A stretch of 40,829 nt of DNA from Bigelowiella natans CCMP2755. Lineage: Eukaryota; Protista; Cercozoa. The DNA is taken from the NCBI GenBank assembly GCA_000320545.1, contig ADNK01002101.1:1-40829 (forward strand), read 5' to 3'. The translations under genes and the position numbers were made by a program. Positions 37,002 through 40,829 of the stretch are shown here, in pieces. Position 1 is the stretch's first letter; each line of letters begins with the position of its first letter. Below the pieces are notes generated by a model. It did not search any database and was not told the DNA's origin. It saw only the letters and a program-made list of their open reading frames with translations.

Positions 37002-38542
37002 TATATGATATAAGGACAGCAGTTGCAGTAGCAGTGATAGACTCAACGTTGCAAATTTTAAAGCCATTACCATAAATAGAACTGTTTGTTCTCTCTTTCT
37101 GGTTGCTTGCCCCCTCCCCTTCTTTTGCTCTGAGCACTGGGAGTTACCGCTTGAACCCATTCCCCATCTCCAATGGCTGCCACCTGGCCTTCCATCATCA
37201 TCTTAGAGTTTACACTTTGTTCGGAAGATGACTCCCATTCCTCTGCTTCTGTGTCGTCGTATCTGTCTGTTGCCCCCGTTTCATCGGAAGACACTGACAT
37301 CGATGATGATGATGATTTTTCCGAAAGTTCTATGATATCAAGCATGTTCTCGCCTTTCTGTCAAAGGCGGAGGCATATATAGAGTATCAACACACACGCT
37401 TTAGAAAAGAAGAAGCAACCCCCACAACACACGTACGATAACTAGTACTATGATCAAATCACCTCCATTCTTCGTCTGTAGTCCGAGCCCGTGAGACCAC
37501 CCAACCCACGGTTATGCCGCTCAACGTTCGTCCCATGAATAGGATGATCAAAGTGTTTGTCACTGAGGGGATTAATATCAGCCATTTCGCGACGATGCCG
37601 GACACATGATGAGAGTACAAGAAGAAGGATATAACTTAATCATAATAACAACTAAAATACCGGGCAGAACGCAATCATACATCTAAATTTTTACATACCC
37701 TCCCTCCAATTTTCCTGGGCAAAATTGACAATGAAGTGGGACGTAGGCTGCAAGCACGCCTTCCTCCTTATTTGCAGATTTCAATCCAGATGATCCTCCC
37801 TTGCTTCCGTCTACCTCAAGATGTTTCTGATCTTCATTCTCTACCTCCATACCACGTGCATCTGTGGGTGGGGGTTTGGCTACTCCAGTAGGGTTGAATA
37901 GTAACCGGTTTCCCACCATTTGCAGCCCATACTTCCTCTGGTGGTGTGTGTTTGTCATCGGTGTGTGATAGGTAACAAGTGGGAAAAGGGATGCAGATGA
38001 GGGGAAGGAGGAGGAGGAGGGGGAGGAGGAGCAGAAAGAGAGAGAGGAGAGTAGAAGAGGAGAAGAAAGTAAGAAGAAAACATGACAGCCATAATGGAGA
38101 ATGGGGGATGTAGAAGGAGAAATGTGTTTTTCTTTACCAGAGGTTGATCATAATCATCGAGTTCCTGGAACGCCTTGGTCCATTTCGAGCCAATGATGCC
38201 TGCCTCTTCACCATGATTCAGCCCTTTGTATTTTACAAGTACGCGAACGTGAAAGCTGTTGTCTCATCGATGCAATTTTCACACAACTTAAACTACAAAT
38301 TGGTTACCTGGCGTCGCTCGTTTCCAGAAGCCCCCGACGCCGCGGCCATAGAACAAGGTTGTGGAGATGATGGTGATCACAACACACAAATTCCTTATGT
38401 TTCCTGTATTAGTAATACGTTTTGTCCTTCTATAGAGGCCCCACCGTGCGTGGTGGGACCTCATGTCCTCCCCCTGTGAACAGACTGCAGCTGGCACTTC
38501 AATAAGTGAAGGAGCTGAGGAGCGAGGTTTTATGTTGCGCAT
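33975..38542 (-). CDS. REI1: Divergent REI1/ZNF622-family pre-60S ribosome maturation factor with N-terminal extension, multi-exon
   Basis: Spliced motifs in family order: HCQFCPGKLEGG|DKHFDHPIHGTNVERHNRGLGGLTGSDYRRRME; acidic linker; FNPLECPIDSHESNTLEEAVSYLEDK|YDIRIPYRHRLRNLHGFLCYLVAK|VSEG..RFKSKKACQEHMQAK; ELADNG|RDLVVVHPDGTRQLI; RVSVKNNKVFDLPR|QCPMYRLN*. Start at ATG 38542 or 38464. Some internal junctions unresolved. Confidence 0.68.
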
Positions 38543-38931
38543 CTCTGGCAATCTCTGATTTAAAAAGGTTGTCGTTGGGTTGAAATAGATGCCTTTTTTT
38601 TTCTTTCTTGGGTGTTGTGAACCTGTGAGTTCGAGTTCGCTCTCCTGATATCAATGAATGGACCACTGTTGGAAGCCGATTTGTTGCGCGTCATGAAGGA
38701 TAGCCGTGGCGCACGATAGAAATCGCCTGTGTTTCTTTTTATGAAAATGATCGATACCCTCTCTCCTGGAATAATGATAGAATCATGGGGCTCATCATGT
38801 TACCGTAATCATCCTTCCGATGAGCCTTCACAACAACCGTTCTACTCTATTGTATTTGCGGTCCTACACCTAGGAATCCCGCCGAGATTCATCGTGGCTA
38901 TTCATTGAGCTCGAGAAAGTTCTGCTTTTGA

Positions 38932-39393
38932 ATGATCGAGTCCGGACGCAATGCCAAAGAATTATGGTGTAGTAGGTCCTCTCCTGTTCCCGTACTTGCG
39001 CTGCTGTTTCTCATCGCATCGACGTTTATCGGGGATCTTTCGTCACTATTTTTCTCGAAGTCTCCGAAACATATATCAATGAACAGTGACCGCCAGGCGC
39101 AAATGCTAAGATGGGATCGCAAGCGAGAGTATAAGGTGAGGGCTATGGGGATAGCACCAACCAGGAAATTCGGATAATGAGGGGGGCTTTAAACCAACCA
39201 ACATAAACGAAAGAAGCGTATTATATGTAAGCTCTCGTTTTTGAACTCTTGCTATTTTATCAGGATAGAAAGTTCGCTGAGGACATGACTGGAGACTTAG
39301 AAAAGCGTTTCTCGAGCTCCGTGATGATGGATGATACTCGGCAAAGAGGAGAGCAGGATACAGACGTGGACAGGTGGTGCACAACGAGGATAT

Positions 39394-39444
<51 letters not shown>

Positions 39445-39810
39445 CATGCATGCATGTAATGATTGCAAAAGCACGGGACATGATCGCTGCCTCTCTTCCA
39501 TCGTCCTTTGAGTTTTCAGTCCTCGGTATAATTATTCTCTGATTGGATGGTATGATTCATATTTTCCATGCTTGTACCTGGTGGATGATGAAGTGCTGAG
39601 GAATTTGATGAGGAGCTGGTTGTCGCCTTTGAATGATTACCTACCCTGTTTAAACTTATCCACATCAATTTTCGATAGACGGACACATTGTAAAGCTGAG
39701 TTCACCATCCTTCTCCCCACCCCCCCCTTTCACCTTTTCCAAATCAGAAAAACTGGCGTAAAGTACGGCTACAAGCACTCGAATGTGGGTGAATCTTTCT
39801 CACATCACCG

Positions 39811-39842
<32 letters not shown>

Positions 39843-40301
39843 TCGCGTGACCCTACAGGAGACAAATCGAAGTAGTAGTAGTATCAGGGGCGAAAGCAGG
39901 GAAGCTTGCCATGGCAGCATCCATCACACCAATTTTTCTTTCTCTTTATCAGGTCGCGAGCGAGCTCTGAAGAAGGCAGAAAAGTACGGTTTTGGAAAGG
40001 TCGAGGATGTGACTGAGGCACAGCTACACAGATATGTCCACAACAGGTCATAATAGCTGACAACCAACGTCATACAAGCTAGCATTAAATACCAATCAGT
40101 AGCAACTCGGAACTATCAACGGATGATCTCATGTTCCTCCCAATCTTCATTGCTTTCTTATCCTCTTGTTCCCCCCCCTTCTCACCAAAATGGGAGCTCT
40201 TCCCGCTTAATCCAACCTGCTGCACTGCTGTAGATTTGCGCGACCGGTGGGGATGTTGTTGCTCCTTGCGTTGAATAAGGTAAACATTCTCTCTCTTTCT
40301 C

Positions 40302-40334
<33 letters not shown>

Positions 40335-40368
40335 ACACTTTCTCCACTAATCTCCTCTCCGAATATAT

Positions 40369-40412
<44 letters not shown>

Positions 40413-40599
40413 TTTCACACGTACATGCATACGAGCAAAGAATTCGATAATAAGATGGCTTACGTGTTGTGTCATCATGTCAAGTTCATCATTACTATTA
40501 TTTTTTTTATGAATAGGACGAAGAAAGGGGAGAAAGGGCATCTATTTCAGAGCTGATGCACAATCACATGACAGGTTCAGCGTCAAGAGTGTATGTGTG

Positions 40600-40637
<38 letters not shown>

Positions 40638-40829
40638 GTAATAGTAATATTAATTTGAATTCCGACGTGCACATATGTTGTGTGCGTGTTTTTATATTAT
40701 ATCCTTGTTTTTTTTTTCCTTCTTCTTCTTCTCTCAGTGCTGCTAAGAATAAAAAATTTTCGGAAAAAAAACTACCATGAGGCCCGTTCAGAAGCCGCCC
40801 TTTGTTTTATGTGTGCCATAAATCGGCTA
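38932..40829 (+). CDS. Partial multi-exon gene, unknown product with N-terminal hydrophobic segment (weak phosducin-like hint)
   Basis: MIESGRNAKELWCSRSSPVPVLALLFLIASTFIG...REYK|DRKFAEDM... joins at GT-AG sites in phase. Later exon RERALKKAEKYGFGKVEDVTEAQL. Downstream structure unresolved. Confidence 0.45.

Larger units (their letters stand above)
5030..40640. repeat. Numerous simple and compound microsatellites ((TA)n, (TG/CA)n, (GA/TC)n, (GAT)n, (TAC)n, (GAG)n), mostly intronic
   Basis: Examples: 5039-5090, 6335-6364, 6945-6984, 7906-7985, 14528-14580, 15368-15425, 25477-25642, 29866-29925, 36953-36992, 39395-39442. Confidence 0.95.

Noticed and set aside
5030-40640. Similar length (~25-45 bp) of most dinucleotide arrays
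   Set aside because: May be an assembly collapse artefact; cannot be judged without reads.

Overview
Eukaryotic nuclear DNA, intron-rich and dense in microsatellites. Bipartite-looking protein leaders and the gene content suggest an alga with a complex plastid, possibly a chlorarachniophyte (inference). In order: (1) the 5' half of an apparently intact Ty3/Gypsy LTR retrotransposon on the minus strand (LTR 2799-3124, PBS, single gag-PR-RT ORF running off the left edge, so missed by the ORF track); (2) a degenerate intergenic block; (3) spliced genes: HMG-box protein (-), FKBP15-like (+), OPR/FASTK-type helical-repeat protein (-), REJ-GPS-multi-TM-PDZ polycystin-like receptor (+), DONSON (-), divergent REI1/ZNF622 with a hydrophobic leader (-), and a partial unknown gene (+). 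The most striking signal is two sharply bounded intergenic islands (3125-4680 and 33274-33960). TpA is strongly depleted there, TpG/CpA is abundant, CpG is kept, and nearly half of the surviving TpA sites are CTAG. This looks like a strand-symmetric TA->TG/CA hypermutation, the reverse of fungal RIP. All gene models and counts were made by hand and need RNA-seq or computational confirmation.
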